The notes beneath the pieces were generated by a model. The model searched no databases. It saw only the letters and a list, made by a program, of their open reading frames with translations, and was not told the DNA's origin. Shown here in pieces: positions 1 through 9,310 of a stretch of DNA of 64,000 nt. How positions within the stretch are numbered: position 1 is the first letter of the stretch; every line of letters begins with the position of its first letter. Position numbers and translations under genes: made by a program. Source of the stretch: Bacteroidales bacterium (GTDB lineage Bacteria; Bacteroidota; Bacteroidia; Bacteroidales; F082); assembly GCA_045613105.1 (NCBI GenBank), contig JAZLAI010000017.1:43497-107496 (forward strand). Direction: 5' to 3'.

Positions 1-391
1 CATCATGGAAATAATCTTTTTTCAAACGCAAAGATAGCTGTTTTATTTTCTTTTCTATCTCTTCGTACGATAAAATTATTGTAGCGGTATAAACAAGAGC
101 GAAGTCGAAAGTGATTTTATTTTCTTCGCATTTAACGATTATTTGTGATTTGTTTTTACGCCATGCTTCGCGGACGAGACGTTTCACCTTGTTACGTTTG
201 ACGGCGTGATGAAATCTCTTTTTAGAGACAGAGACGAGGAAACGAGGAATAGAAGGCTCATCTTCTTCCGAAGGATGCGCATAAACAACAACTCGGAAAG
301 GATAAAAGTTAAATCCTTTACCCTTCCCGAATAATTGATTGATAGCCTTATTCTTATATAAACGCTGTTCTTTCGGAAGTCCTTCGTTCAT
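1..391 (-). CDS. rnpA: Ribonuclease P protein component (3' end runs off window start)
   Basis: Absent from the ORF track because it is open at the window edge. Reverse complement from the ATG at 391-389 reads MNEGLPKEQRLYKNKAINQLFGKGKGFNFYPFRVVVYAH...SVSKKRFHHAVKRNKVKRLVREAWRKNK. This is the basic RNase P protein motif (AVxRNxxKRxxRE). Confidence 0.75.
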   Translation of the reverse strand, partial: MNEGLPKEQRLYKNKAINQLFGKGKGFNFYPFRVVVYAHPSEEDEPSIPRFLVSVSKKRFHHAVKRNKVKRLVREAWRKNKSQIIVKCEENKITFDFALVYTATIILSYEEIEKKIKQLSLRLKKDYFHD

Positions 392-396
392 CAGAA

Positions 397-1161
397 TTAT
401 TTTTTCTTAGCTTTTTTCACTTCGTTATTGATAAACTCTTCTATCGCCATGTTCATTGATGGACATGTTGGAGTAGGAGCGCTGAAATTCAATGTGAATC
501 CAGCATCGGTGATAGCCTTGCATGTTGACTGTCCGAAGCCACCTATCGCGATATTTTCGTTCTGTACGAAATCAGGGAAGTTTTCCTTAAGAGAGTCGAT
601 ACCGGCAGGGCTGAAGAACACCAACATATCATATTTGCTGATGTCAACATGTGACAAATCGGCTGATACTGTACGGAAAATAACAGCCTTTGTGTATTCG
701 AGCTTAGCCTCTTTCAACATACCGTCATGATCTTCTGTCACCAAATTTGAACTTGGCAAGAAGAACTTCTCTTCTTTATGTTTTTTCATGACATCCACGA
801 GATCAGCGAAAGTCTGCTTTCCGTAGAATATCTTTCTTTTTCTGTATTGGATATAACGTTGAAGATACAATGCTGTTGATTCTGACACACAGAAATACTT
901 CATATCTTCAGGGATGGTGTAACGCATTTCTTTAGCAATGCGGAAAAAATGGTCTATAGTGTTGCGACTTGTCAGAATTATTGCAGTAAAATCGTTAAGT
1001 TTTACTTTCTCTTGTCTCAATTCGCTTGCTGAAACATCTTCTAACTTGATGAATTTTTCAAAATCTATAGTAACGTTGTGCTTTTTAATGATAGTTTCGT
1101 AAGGTGTTTTGGCCACATCAGCAGGTTTAGGCTGCGACAAAAGGATTGATTTAATCTTCAT
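397..1161 (-). CDS. Uroporphyrinogen-III synthase family protein (HemD-like)
   Basis: 254 aa. N-terminus MKIKSILLSQPKP and the segments ...IILTSRNTIDHFF...MKYFCVSESTALYLQRYIQYRKRKIF match the Bacteroidales HemD-like family as I recall it. It sits in the conserved position next to rnpA. Confidence 0.65.
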   Translation of the reverse strand: MKIKSILLSQPKPADVAKTPYETIIKKHNVTIDFEKFIKLEDVSASELRQEKVKLNDFTAIILTSRNTIDHFFRIAKEMRYTIPEDMKYFCVSESTALYLQRYIQYRKRKIFYGKQTFADLVDVMKKHKEEKFFLPSSNLVTEDHDGMLKEAKLEYTKAVIFRTVSADLSHVDISKYDMLVFFSPAGIDSLKENFPDFVQNENIAIGGFGQSTCKAITDAGFTLNFSAPTPTCPSMNMAIEEFINNEVKKAKKK

Positions 1162-1238
1162 CTATAAACTTTTTTATCTTTTTATTAATCACACAAATTT
1201 TACTAAATTTCACCAACAGTAAATTGATTTTCAATATT

Positions 1239-2027
1239 TTACACAATCATAAAAATCATTTTCGCTATCACTAAAACCGGTAAAATTTCGACGGTGCAAA
1301 GATACAAAAAAATATTTACAAAATTTAACTTTGAGAACATTCGCACCTCAATTAATAATTTAATAAATCTAATGAAGAATAATATCGTCAATACAATCAA
1401 AATCACAACGAATAAAAACCTGTATGGATAGAAAAGCAGCACCATCATCAAAGGTATGAGCATAAGGTTTGCCATTGCCATCGTAGAGACATGCAGGCTG
1501 ACATGAAACACGAGCAGGCTTTCTGTCTTAAAAAGCCATGAATAGAACAAAGTGAACAGATAATTCAAGACGAACACCGCTGCCACAGCCGTCACGACAT
1601 TGACGAAGAAATTAAAGTTATCGTGCAAGATGTCATTTCCGCCTAAGAAAAGATATATCTTTTGTATCAGCATGGAAAGAAGCAAGGCAAAAGAAATTAT
1701 TATTGAGATGGAAACGATGTTAAGAAACGTATTGTTTTCCCTTATCATTTTCTCACCTCCGCCTTGAAATGACATCATCATGATCGACGAGAAACGTTGA
1801 GGCGCGAAGAACTTGTTCATCACAAGCAATATCATCACCATAAACAACACCATGAAATTCCATCCTGCACTCACGAAAGCGACCTCCCTGTCTATCGGGC
1901 CTGCATACGGACTGTGTTTCTCGGTCACGAAGCTGAAATTTTCATATAATCCATGCCCAATGCTATCGTGAGAGATAGCATCACTTATCGAATCAGATAC
2001 GTTATAAAATCCTATAGTGTCGTTCAT
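1239..2027 (-). CDS. Multi-pass membrane protein, DUF4271-like
   Basis: 262 aa and very hydrophobic, with about 6 TM segments. The neighbourhood with the hemD-like gene and rnpA is typical for DUF4271 in Bacteroidales. Confidence 0.55.
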   Translation of the reverse strand: MNDTIGFYNVSDSISDAISHDSIGHGLYENFSFVTEKHSPYAGPIDREVAFVSAGWNFMVLFMVMILLVMNKFFAPQRFSSIMMMSFQGGGEKMIRENNTFLNIVSISIIISFALLLSMLIQKIYLFLGGNDILHDNFNFFVNVVTAVAAVFVLNYLFTLFYSWLFKTESLLVFHVSLHVSTMAMANLMLIPLMMVLLFYPYRFLFVVILIVLTILFFIRFIKLLIEVRMFSKLNFVNIFLYLCTVEILPVLVIAKMIFMIV

Positions 2028-2113
2028 AAAATATTATTCGCTGCAAATTTACGGTTTTGTTTTTTTCTTAACAAATATTTAGATTTTTTTTTGATAATTT
2101 AGAAATAGATTCT

Positions 2114-2121
2114 TACCTTTG
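2114..2121 (+). promoter_or_regulatory. Bacteroidota -7 promoter box TAnnTTTG (TACCTTTG) for pta-ackA, with TTTG at 2090-2093 as a -33 element
   Basis: Exact match to TAnnTTTG 39 nt upstream of the pta ATG. A TTTG lies 20 nt upstream of it. Confidence 0.55.
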
Positions 2122-2159
2122 TACGCTAGAAGTAAAGTTTAACAACAAATCATAATATC

Positions 2160-3167
2160 ATGGATCTCATAGAACAAATTAAACAAAACGCACGCGAAAA
2201 CAAACAACGCATCGTGCTTCCTGAAGGTGATGAAGCAAGAACATTAAAAGCTGCCGACCAACTCATCGCTGACGGCATCGCTGATGTCATTCTCATCGGA
2301 CCTGCACAGACAATCAAAGACATGGCTGCTGAGTTTGAATTAAAGAACATCGACAAAGCCACCATCGTTGATCCAAAGAACAATCCTGACAGAGATAAAT
2401 ATGCGAACTTACTCTTTGAAATCCGCAAGAGCAAAGGCATGACTATAGAACAAGCACAAGAATTGGCAGAAAACTTCATGTATCTTGGCGTTCTTATGCT
2501 CAAAGCCGGCGACGCTGACGGTCTGGTCAGTGGTGCTCGCAGCACTACAGGCGACATGCTCCGTCCTGCATTGCAGATCATCAAGACAGCTCCTGGCGTT
2601 TCATGCGTATCTGGCGCATTCATCATGTTCTTGCCTAACGACAAATACGGAACAGACGGCAAGATCGTTTGTGCCGACTGTGCAGTGACACCTGTCCCAA
2701 CAGCAGAACAGTTAGCAGAAATAGCAGTATGTACTGCCGACACTGCAAAGAACATCGCCAAGATAGACCCTAAAGTGGCTATGTTAAGCTTCTCAACAAA
2801 AGGCTCTGCAAAACACGAAGACGTCGATAAAGTTATCGAAGCAACAAGATTGGCTAAAGAAATGCGTCCTGACTTATGCATCGACGGTGAATTACAAGCT
2901 GACGCAGCCATCGTTCCTTCTGTTGGCGCAAGTAAAGCCCCTAACAGCGAAGTGGCTGGCAAAGCAAACACATTGGTATTCCCAAGATTGGAAGTCGGTA
3001 ACATCGCCTACAAACTCGTTCAACGTCTCGCTGGCGCAGAAGCAGTAGGTCCTGTACTCCAAGGATTCGCAAAACCTTGCAACGACTTAAGCCGCGGTTG
3101 TTCAATAGACGACATCTATAAACTCGTCGCCATCACATGTAACCAGGCAATCGCACAAAAACAATAA
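2160..3167 (+). CDS. pta: Phosphate acetyltransferase
   Basis: 335 aa. Contains RIVLPEGDEARTLKAA..., ...ADGLVSGA..., ...VFPRLEVGNIAYKLVQRL... Immediately followed by ackA. Confidence 0.92.
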   Translation: MDLIEQIKQNARENKQRIVLPEGDEARTLKAADQLIADGIADVILIGPAQTIKDMAAEFELKNIDKATIVDPKNNPDRDKYANLLFEIRKSKGMTIEQAQELAENFMYLGVLMLKAGDADGLVSGARSTTGDMLRPALQIIKTAPGVSCVSGAFIMFLPNDKYGTDGKIVCADCAVTPVPTAEQLAEIAVCTADTAKNIAKIDPKVAMLSFSTKGSAKHEDVDKVIEATRLAKEMRPDLCIDGELQADAAIVPSVGASKAPNSEVAGKANTLVFPRLEVGNIAYKLVQRLAGAEAVGPVLQGFAKPCNDLSRGCSIDDIYKLVAITCNQAIAQKQ

Positions 3168-3266
3168 TACTTGAGCTATGAGTTATGGGCAATGAGAAAC
3201 AAAAACGATTCATTGCCCATAGCTCACAGCAACATTACTAATCAAATTTTAAGCAATTATAAAAAA

Positions 3267-4472
3267 ATGAAAATTTTAGTTTTAAACTGTGGCAGCTCAT
3301 CTATCAAATATCAACTTTTCGATATCGATGATAATGGCCACAACGTTTTGGCAAAAGGTCTCCTCGAGCGTATCGGCCTCGAAATGGGAGAATTCACTCA
3401 TAAATGGAATGGCGAAAAACATTACGAACAACTTCCTATTCCAAACCACACTGTAGGTATCAGCATCGTTCTTAACGCATTGCTCGACGAAAACCACGGC
3501 GTCATCAAATCATTAGACGAAATCGGTGCTGTCGGTCATCGTTTGGTTCACGGCGGTGAAAAATTCACCAAGAGCGTCCTCATCGACGACAGCGTCATGG
3601 AACTCATGGAAGAACTCATCGACCTCGCTCCTCTCCACAACCCAGCATGTATGGCAGGTGTGAAAGCTGTTACAGAATTGCTTCCTAACGTAAAACAAGG
3701 CGGCTGCTTCGACACAGCATTCCATTCAACAATGAAACCAGAGGCTTACCTCTACCCTATCCCTTACGAATATTACGACAAATACCGTGTACGTCGTTAC
3801 GGTTTCCACGGAACAAGCCACAAATTCGTTGCAGAAAACGCAGCTAAATTCGTCGGCAAAGACTGGAACGACCAGAAGATCATCACATGCCACTTAGGCA
3901 GCGGCGCTTCTATAGCAGCAGTAGAAAACGGCAAATCAGTTGACACATCAATGGGCTTCACTCCTGTTGAAGGTCTTATGATGGGCAGCCGCACTGGCGA
4001 CCTCGACCTCGGTGTTTTCATGTATATAGCTGAAAAAGAAGGCTACGACCTCAAACAAATGAACACTCTCGTCAACAAGAAATCTGGTCTCATCGGTATC
4101 ACTGGCGACAAACAAGACATGCGTGACGTTAGAGCTGGCAAAGAAGCAGGCGACGAACGTGCTACATACGCTTTCGACATGTTCAAACATCGCGTCAAGA
4201 AATATATCGGTGCTTACGCAGCTGTTATGAACGGCGTTGACATCATAGTCATGACTGGCGGTATCGGAGAAAACGCTTGGTTCATGAGAGGTCCTATATT
4301 GGAAAATATGGAATATCTCGGTGTCAAGATCGACATGGAAGCCAACAACGCAACAATGGGCGAAGCACGCATCATCTCAACACCTGACTCAAAGGTAACA
4401 GTCGTAGTATTCCCAACAGATGAAGAATACATGATTGCAAAAGATACATACGACATCGTAAAAAGTCTTTGA
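3267..4472 (+). CDS. ackA: Acetate kinase
   Basis: MKILVLNCGSSSIKYQLF... and ...RRYGFHGTSH... are canonical. The ORF-track start at 3171 adds 32 non-conserved residues, so the ATG at 3267 is preferred. Confidence 0.92.
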   Translation: MKILVLNCGSSSIKYQLFDIDDNGHNVLAKGLLERIGLEMGEFTHKWNGEKHYEQLPIPNHTVGISIVLNALLDENHGVIKSLDEIGAVGHRLVHGGEKFTKSVLIDDSVMELMEELIDLAPLHNPACMAGVKAVTELLPNVKQGGCFDTAFHSTMKPEAYLYPIPYEYYDKYRVRRYGFHGTSHKFVAENAAKFVGKDWNDQKIITCHLGSGASIAAVENGKSVDTSMGFTPVEGLMMGSRTGDLDLGVFMYIAEKEGYDLKQMNTLVNKKSGLIGITGDKQDMRDVRAGKEAGDERATYAFDMFKHRVKKYIGAYAAVMNGVDIIVMTGGIGENAWFMRGPILENMEYLGVKIDMEANNATMGEARIISTPDSKVTVVVFPTDEEYMIAKDTYDIVKSL

Positions 4473-4501
4473 TAAAGACTAAAGACAAAAGTCTAAAGTC
4501 C
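4462..4501. repeat. Heptad-periodic array (aaagtct/ttgataa/agactaa/agacaaa/agtctaa/agtcc) spanning the ackA stop codon
   Basis: AAAG(A/T)C words recur every 7 nt. TAA triplets fall in alternating frames. Confidence 0.6.
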
Positions 4502-4504
4502 ACA

Positions 4505-4535
4505 AGAGCTCCTATAATCTAGGAGCTCTTTTTTA
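4505..4535. terminator. Intrinsic terminator between convergent ackA and the hydrolase gene
   Basis: Perfect 9-bp stem agagctcct / aggagctct with a 7-nt loop, followed by TTTTTT. Confidence 0.8.
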
Positions 4536-4560
4536 TTTCCTAAAAACCACTACTAAAAAA

Positions 4561-4590
4561 CTTTAGTCCTTAGTCTTTTGTCTTTTGTCA
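4561..4590. repeat. Heptad-periodic array, inverted copy of the 4462-4501 array
   Basis: ctttagt/ccttagt/cttttgt/cttttgt. The reverse complement (gacaaaagacaaaagactaaggactaaag) resembles the array on the other side of the terminator. Confidence 0.6.
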
Positions 4591-5664
4591 ACTAACAGTC
4601 ACCACTTCTATAGGCTGTGAGTTAGGCTCATCCAATCTTTGATATTGATATTTAACTTTAGCGAAATCGATTTCCTTAAGGTCTATCATTCTGATATTGT
4701 TATTATCGAAAGTCTTATAATAAACCACCTTGTTTGTAAGGTCGATCACCGAAATCCATTGCGTTGCGCTTGGCAAGTTAGGTATCTCGTTTTTAGGGAA
4801 GTTCATTCCTATCGGAATGTCGAAGTTGTTCAATATATGAAAGCATTGGAGCATTGTCTCACGAGCTGTTGCCAACATTGGAGCTGTACTTTTGAAGAAA
4901 GCCACTCTCACGAAACGTGAAGGAGGAGTGAAGTCGCCAGGGAGTCCAAGAAATCCGTTGCCATGACCTATTGGGTTAACCATAAAGTCACTCATTTTAT
5001 GAGCTGCAGGATTTACAGGAGTAAGGTTAATGTAATTGCTCAAGTTGTTAAGATGCCACTGAAATCCAGGAGCATTTGTAATGACACCTATAGGGTTGTC
5101 ATAGATATGAACGATACCTTTTTCGATCTCGATGACGATTTGCTTACCAGAGCTGTCACCCACTCTCCAGTGTATAGCCTCTTCAGAGCCATCGCCTCCC
5201 ATGAGTGAGACTACACGCACCTTATTAATATTAGCTTCTACTTCAGCCACAGATGCGAATTGCGACAACAACCACGACACCAACTGAAGGTCAGCAATTG
5301 TTGTAGAGTTATACTTCTCATCATACAGCTGATAGCTTCCATAATTAGGGAAATAGAAAAGTCCTGCCGACAAGCCTGCTTCATTGACACCTTCAGCGAT
5401 GAATTCCTTTTCATGGACTGCAAGTCCCACATAACCATACTTTGCTTTAAATGTCATTCCATTATTTCCTTTTGGCGTGAATGACGTCTGACTGAAATTT
5501 CTAGGAACAACGACATACATACTATTAAGATTAGTACCTGCCCACTCTATTGTTCGTGCTTGGATATAAGATCCGTCAGCGGCAAACATGGAGATTCCGG
5601 TACATGCCTCCGCCTTAAACTGCCAGGCGAAGAACAGACATGCAATGATGAATAGCTTTTTCAT
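4588..5664 (-). CDS. Choloylglycine hydrolase / linear amide C-N hydrolase family (Ntn hydrolase, bile-salt-hydrolase-like), secreted
   Basis: 358 aa. A signal peptide ends ...KAEA and is followed by CTGI, placing the nucleophile Cys at the mature N-terminus. Family-typical segments: RTIEW, NEAGLS. Confidence 0.75.
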   Translation of the reverse strand: MKKLFIIACLFFAWQFKAEACTGISMFAADGSYIQARTIEWAGTNLNSMYVVVPRNFSQTSFTPKGNNGMTFKAKYGYVGLAVHEKEFIAEGVNEAGLSAGLFYFPNYGSYQLYDEKYNSTTIADLQLVSWLLSQFASVAEVEANINKVRVVSLMGGDGSEEAIHWRVGDSSGKQIVIEIEKGIVHIYDNPIGVITNAPGFQWHLNNLSNYINLTPVNPAAHKMSDFMVNPIGHGNGFLGLPGDFTPPSRFVRVAFFKSTAPMLATARETMLQCFHILNNFDIPIGMNFPKNEIPNLPSATQWISVIDLTNKVVYYKTFDNNNIRMIDLKEIDFAKVKYQYQRLDEPNSQPIEVVTVS

Positions 5665-5732
5665 AATCTTTATATTGTTTTTATTAGTGTGATATTAACA
5701 ACGAAGATTATAAAATGTTTCTATCATGCAAT

Positions 5733-5763
5733 AAAAAAAGCCGCCACTTCAATGTGACGGCTT
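5733..5763 (-). terminator. Intrinsic terminator of the 5786-7678 gene
   Basis: On the minus strand: aagccgtcacattgaagtggcggctt followed by a T-run. Confidence 0.65.
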
Positions 5764-5785
5764 CTACATATATTCTTTATTGTTT

Positions 5786-7678
5786 TTATTTCACGATCAA
5801 TTTTTCAATAACTTTATTGTTATCATTTTGAATCATGATGAAATAAACACCCTTATTAATATCTTCAACATTGATTGTTGCTACATTGTCAGACATTTCA
5901 ACTGATTTGACGCAACGGCCTGTCATGTCGATGATATTTACTTGAGCGTTGCTCATTGTTGTTTCAACATATACTGCTGATGTTGCTGGGTTAGGATAGA
6001 TATTGAAGTTAGCGTTTTCAATTTCAGCGTAACCGATTGATTCAGGTGTTGTGACATAATCTAATGTATTTGTCCATTCACCAGCTTCATTTTTAGCTGT
6101 TGCTATAACGACATATTCTGTTTTAGGTGTAAGACCGTCGAATAATATTTCTTCAGCTTCTGTGTAAGGTACGTTATCAGCTTGCATTGCTTCTGCCAAT
6201 GTTTCTTCACCTACTTGGTCAAACATCTCTTTTGAGATGATGCCTACGTGATATTCTACTGTATATTCATTAGGTGTGAAAGTTGCTGTTACATTGTTAG
6301 CATCAACAGCTTCTGCAACTATTTCAACGCCTGCTGGTTCAACTATATCTTCACCTTCAACGCTTGTGTTGATACGAGAAATTATCATTTGTGTATCAAC
6401 GTTACCATCGTAAATGTAACCGCCAGCGACGAGTTGACCATTTCTTTGCAAAGCTACTTCACGCAAATAAACTTCTGGATAATCGAGGCTATATGGGAGA
6501 TAACCTGTTCCTGCGAAGTCTTCATTAAGTTGACCGTCTGCTGTCAAGTTGAAAGCATAAATACGCATTGCTGTGAGAGTTTGGTCATACCATAATTCAG
6601 ATGTGATAGCACCAAAGATTTGTCCGTCTGGAGCAATTGTAATACTATAACAGTCATTAGCACCATTTTCGAGTGGTTCGAGTCTTGCGTAACCATCTTC
6701 ACCGAATGAAGTGTCGATGTCGCCATCTTTTGTAATACGAGTTACGTAAGTTTCATATCTTAAATAAGGTTCGTTATCCAACCATGAGTGACCAGCGCAG
6801 AGGTAGTTACCTTCGTTGTCAACTTGGATATCTAAAAGTTGTTCAGCACCTTCACCAACGTTGAGTTCAACATAACCGTTTGTACCGAAGTTTGTGTCTA
6901 ATGAACCATTGTTTTTAACTTTGTATAAAGTAGCGCGTGTGCAGCCCCAGATACTGTCGAGTCTTGTACCACCAACAACGATTTTGTTGTTTTCTACACA
7001 TTCAACTGTGTAAGCATATGAACTGAAAGATTGGTGAGGAGCTATTTTAAGAGTACCGTTTGCACCGAATGAAGGGTCTGTTAAACCAGCAGTGTTATAA
7101 CGTCTAACGAACAATGTATCTGTTTGATTTTGAGTATAACCTGAAACAATGCATCTGCCGTGTTCGTCAATTGCAATACCTGTGTAGTTGATACCATTGC
7201 CGCCTTCACTGATAGCATAGCCGTTTGTTCCATAGTTAACATTTTCGAAACCGTTTTCATCTAAACAAAGAACGAAACCTTTGCTGTCGCCATTGCTTGA
7301 GTCATAGATGTGACCTGCGACATACAACATTCCGTCAGGACCAAATTTAGCGTCGTATGCTTCATTTTTGTAAACCATAGGATCTGCTTTGTAATAAGAG
7401 ATACCGCCGTTAGCTCCCCATGTTGGGTCGAGAGTACCGTCAGGATTTTGACGTGATACGAATACAGCGTAGTTAGTTCCTTCTGTTTGGCCTTCACCTA
7501 CAGTGATGATTTTGCCGTCATCTTGTACAAGAACAGCCTTGATGAAGTCGAATCTTTGAGAAGGATTGAAAGTAGCAATACCATTGGTACCAAATGATTC
7601 ATCTAAAGTACCTGGATCTTGAGAGTAACCGCAAATAGCGAACATGCACAAAAGTGCTAATGTAAATAATTTTTTCAT
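5786..7678 (-). CDS. T9SS-secreted protein with delta-60-type beta-propeller repeats, an FN3-like region and a Por/T9SS C-terminal sorting domain
   Basis: Signal peptide present. The motif DGxLDxSFGxNG recurs at least 6 times (GTLDESFGTNG, GTLDPTWGANG, LTDPSFGANG, SLDTNFGTNG, DIDTSFGEDG, QLNEDFAGTG). C-terminus is FNIYPNPATSAVYVE...GVYFIMI...KLIVK. Confidence 0.8.
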   Translation of the reverse strand: MKKLFTLALLCMFAICGYSQDPGTLDESFGTNGIATFNPSQRFDFIKAVLVQDDGKIITVGEGQTEGTNYAVFVSRQNPDGTLDPTWGANGGISYYKADPMVYKNEAYDAKFGPDGMLYVAGHIYDSSNGDSKGFVLCLDENGFENVNYGTNGYAISEGGNGINYTGIAIDEHGRCIVSGYTQNQTDTLFVRRYNTAGLTDPSFGANGTLKIAPHQSFSSYAYTVECVENNKIVVGGTRLDSIWGCTRATLYKVKNNGSLDTNFGTNGYVELNVGEGAEQLLDIQVDNEGNYLCAGHSWLDNEPYLRYETYVTRITKDGDIDTSFGEDGYARLEPLENGANDCYSITIAPDGQIFGAITSELWYDQTLTAMRIYAFNLTADGQLNEDFAGTGYLPYSLDYPEVYLREVALQRNGQLVAGGYIYDGNVDTQMIISRINTSVEGEDIVEPAGVEIVAEAVDANNVTATFTPNEYTVEYHVGIISKEMFDQVGEETLAEAMQADNVPYTEAEEILFDGLTPKTEYVVIATAKNEAGEWTNTLDYVTTPESIGYAEIENANFNIYPNPATSAVYVETTMSNAQVNIIDMTGRCVKSVEMSDNVATINVEDINKGVYFIMIQNDNNKVIEKLIVK

Positions 7679-7722
7679 CTTTTTTAAATATTAATTAAAC
7701 ATTATTTCTGTAAAAATTGTCA

Positions 7723-7730
7723 CAAAAATA
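7723..7730 (-). promoter_or_regulatory. -7 box TATTTTTG for the 5786-7678 gene
   Basis: The minus strand reads TATTTTTG 45 nt upstream of the ATG. Confidence 0.45.
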
Positions 7731-7890
7731 CTAAAAAAAATTCAATTAAACAACCATAAGTTTTAGTTTACACCAATATTTTTCATATTTCAAAACGATA
7801 AAAATAATGCAGCTAGAAAACATCAATATTCACAAGCAAAAACAATAAAAAAATCTTTTCCATTTTAGGCATTCGCCTTATGTCTTTTAT

Positions 7891-7898
7891 TATATTTG
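7891..7898 (+). promoter_or_regulatory. -7 box TATATTTG for the small membrane gene and queA
   Basis: Exact TAnnTTTG 19 nt upstream of the ATG at 7917. Confidence 0.5.
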
Positions 7899-7916
7899 CA
7901 AAATAAAAAAACAATT

Positions 7917-8078
7917 ATGTCATTATTTAGAGTCATTTTATCAATAATATTCCCACCATTAGCTGTGTTAGACTATGGTTGCGGTTCAATACTAATCGTT
8001 TTTTTATTAACATGCTGCGGATGGATTCCTGGCGTGATTGCTGCTTTGGTTATATTAAACAGAAACATTAAAGAATGA
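7917..8078 (+). CDS. YqaE/Pmp3 (UPF0057) family small membrane proteolipid
   Basis: 53 aa counted from the ATG: MSLFRVILSIIFPPLAVLDYGCG...GWIPGVIAAL. Two TM helices and the family-typical PPLAV and IPG motifs. The track start at 7896 is a TTG. Confidence 0.7.
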   Translation: MSLFRVILSIIFPPLAVLDYGCGSILIVFLLTCCGWIPGVIAALVILNRNIKE

Positions 8079-9310
8079 TCAAACAAGTCCAAAATATCTC
8101 CATCGAGGAATACAACTACCCTCTTCCTGACGAACGTATTGCAAAATATCCTTTGAGCGAACGCGACGCTTCAAAGCTTCTGGTATTAAATCATAATGAA
8201 ATAACAGATTCGCATTTTAAAAACATCGGCGACTTTCTCCCAAAGGACTCATTACTTATTTTCAATGAGACAAAAGTCGTCAGAGCCAGATTGCAATTCA
8301 CGAAAGACAGCGGAGCTGCCATAGAGATATTCTGCCTGGAACCAATCACTGGCAACGGCGACTATCAGCTCGCCTTCAGCAGTCAGTCTCCTTCAAGATG
8401 GAAATGTCTGGTCGGAAATTCACGACGCTGGAAAAACGGCTCAGTCTTGAGCCTTAAAGTAAAAGAATCATCGAAGCATCAGGACATCACATTATATGCC
8501 GAGCGCGTAGAGAAAAACGACAATTATTCCGTCGTACAGTTTTCATGGGAGCCATCACATCTAAGCTTTGCCGAGATACTGGAAGCCGCAGGCGAGATAC
8601 CGCTGCCTCCATATCTGCATCGTGAAGCAGAGGCATCCGACAGAGAACGTTATCAGACCGTCTTTGCAAAATACGAAGGCTCCGTAGCTGCCCCTACAGC
8701 AGGGCTGCATTTTACCACAGAACTCATCAGCGAACTAAAAGCCAATGGTATATCCTTCGACGAAGTGACATTACATGTAGGCGCAGGCACCTTCCGCCCT
8801 GTCTCTTCAGAAAAAATAGGCGAGCACGAAATGCATTCTGAGACAATAGCAGTGAAAAAATCATGCATAGAAAACCTGAGAGAAAATTGCAACAAGACCA
8901 TAATACCTGTCGGAACGACAAGCATGAGAACATTGGAGTCTATCTATTGGATTGGACTCATGTTAATAGAAGAAGGCATGGAAGAACGCCAGCTTCATCT
9001 TAACCAATGGTTTCCATATAAGGAAAGGGAAAGCCTGCCTACTGCAGAAGAATCGTTGTCGGCCATTTTAAGATATATGGAGACACACGGCATGAACGAG
9101 CTTCATGCCAGCACTGCCTTGATGATTGCGCCTTCTTGTAAGATCAACATTGCAAAAGCACTCATCACCAATTTCCACCAGCCTAAAAGCACCTTGCTGT
9201 TATTGGTGTCAGCGCTGATAGGAGAAAAATGGAAAGAGGTATATCAACACGCACTTGACAACGATTTCAGATTTCTAAGTTACGGTGACAGCTGTCTTTT
9301 TATCAATTGA
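8075..9310 (+). CDS. queA: S-adenosylmethionine:tRNA ribosyltransferase-isomerase
   Basis: Contains YNYPLPDERIAKYPL, LPPYL, RYQTVFA, APTAGLHFT, LHVGAGTFRPV, GTTSMRTLES, TNFHQPKSTLL. Its start overlaps the upstream stop (ATGA). Confidence 0.9.
   Translation: MIKQVQNISIEEYNYPLPDERIAKYPLSERDASKLLVLNHNEITDSHFKNIGDFLPKDSLLIFNETKVVRARLQFTKDSGAAIEIFCLEPITGNGDYQLAFSSQSPSRWKCLVGNSRRWKNGSVLSLKVKESSKHQDITLYAERVEKNDNYSVVQFSWEPSHLSFAEILEAAGEIPLPPYLHREAEASDRERYQTVFAKYEGSVAAPTAGLHFTTELISELKANGISFDEVTLHVGAGTFRPVSSEKIGEHEMHSETIAVKKSCIENLRENCNKTIIPVGTTSMRTLESIYWIGLMLIEEGMEERQLHLNQWFPYKERESLPTAEESLSAILRYMETHGMNELHASTALMIAPSCKINIAKALITNFHQPKSTLLLLVSALIGEKWKEVYQHALDNDFRFLSYGDSCLFIN

Noticed and set aside
2150-3004. 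284-aa ORF antisense to pta
   Set aside because: Shadow ORF. It has an Ala/Ser/Leu-rich composition mirroring the pta codons, and pta itself is unambiguous.
3171-3266. N-terminal extensions suggested by the ORF track (also 12411-12485, 23915-23959, 30104-30181, 36489-36554, 43543-43590, 44180-44191, 56200-56259, 62124-62150)
   Set aside because: Most of these extensions use TTG/GTG codons, read through terminators, promoter boxes or heptad arrays, and precede canonical conserved N-termini or signal peptides that start at an internal ATG.
8075-9310. QueA length (411 aa versus about 350 aa in E. coli) as a possible domain insertion
   Set aside because: The extra residues are spread over loops that, as far as I recall, are also extended in other Bacteroidota QueA proteins. 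No foreign-domain signature is visible.
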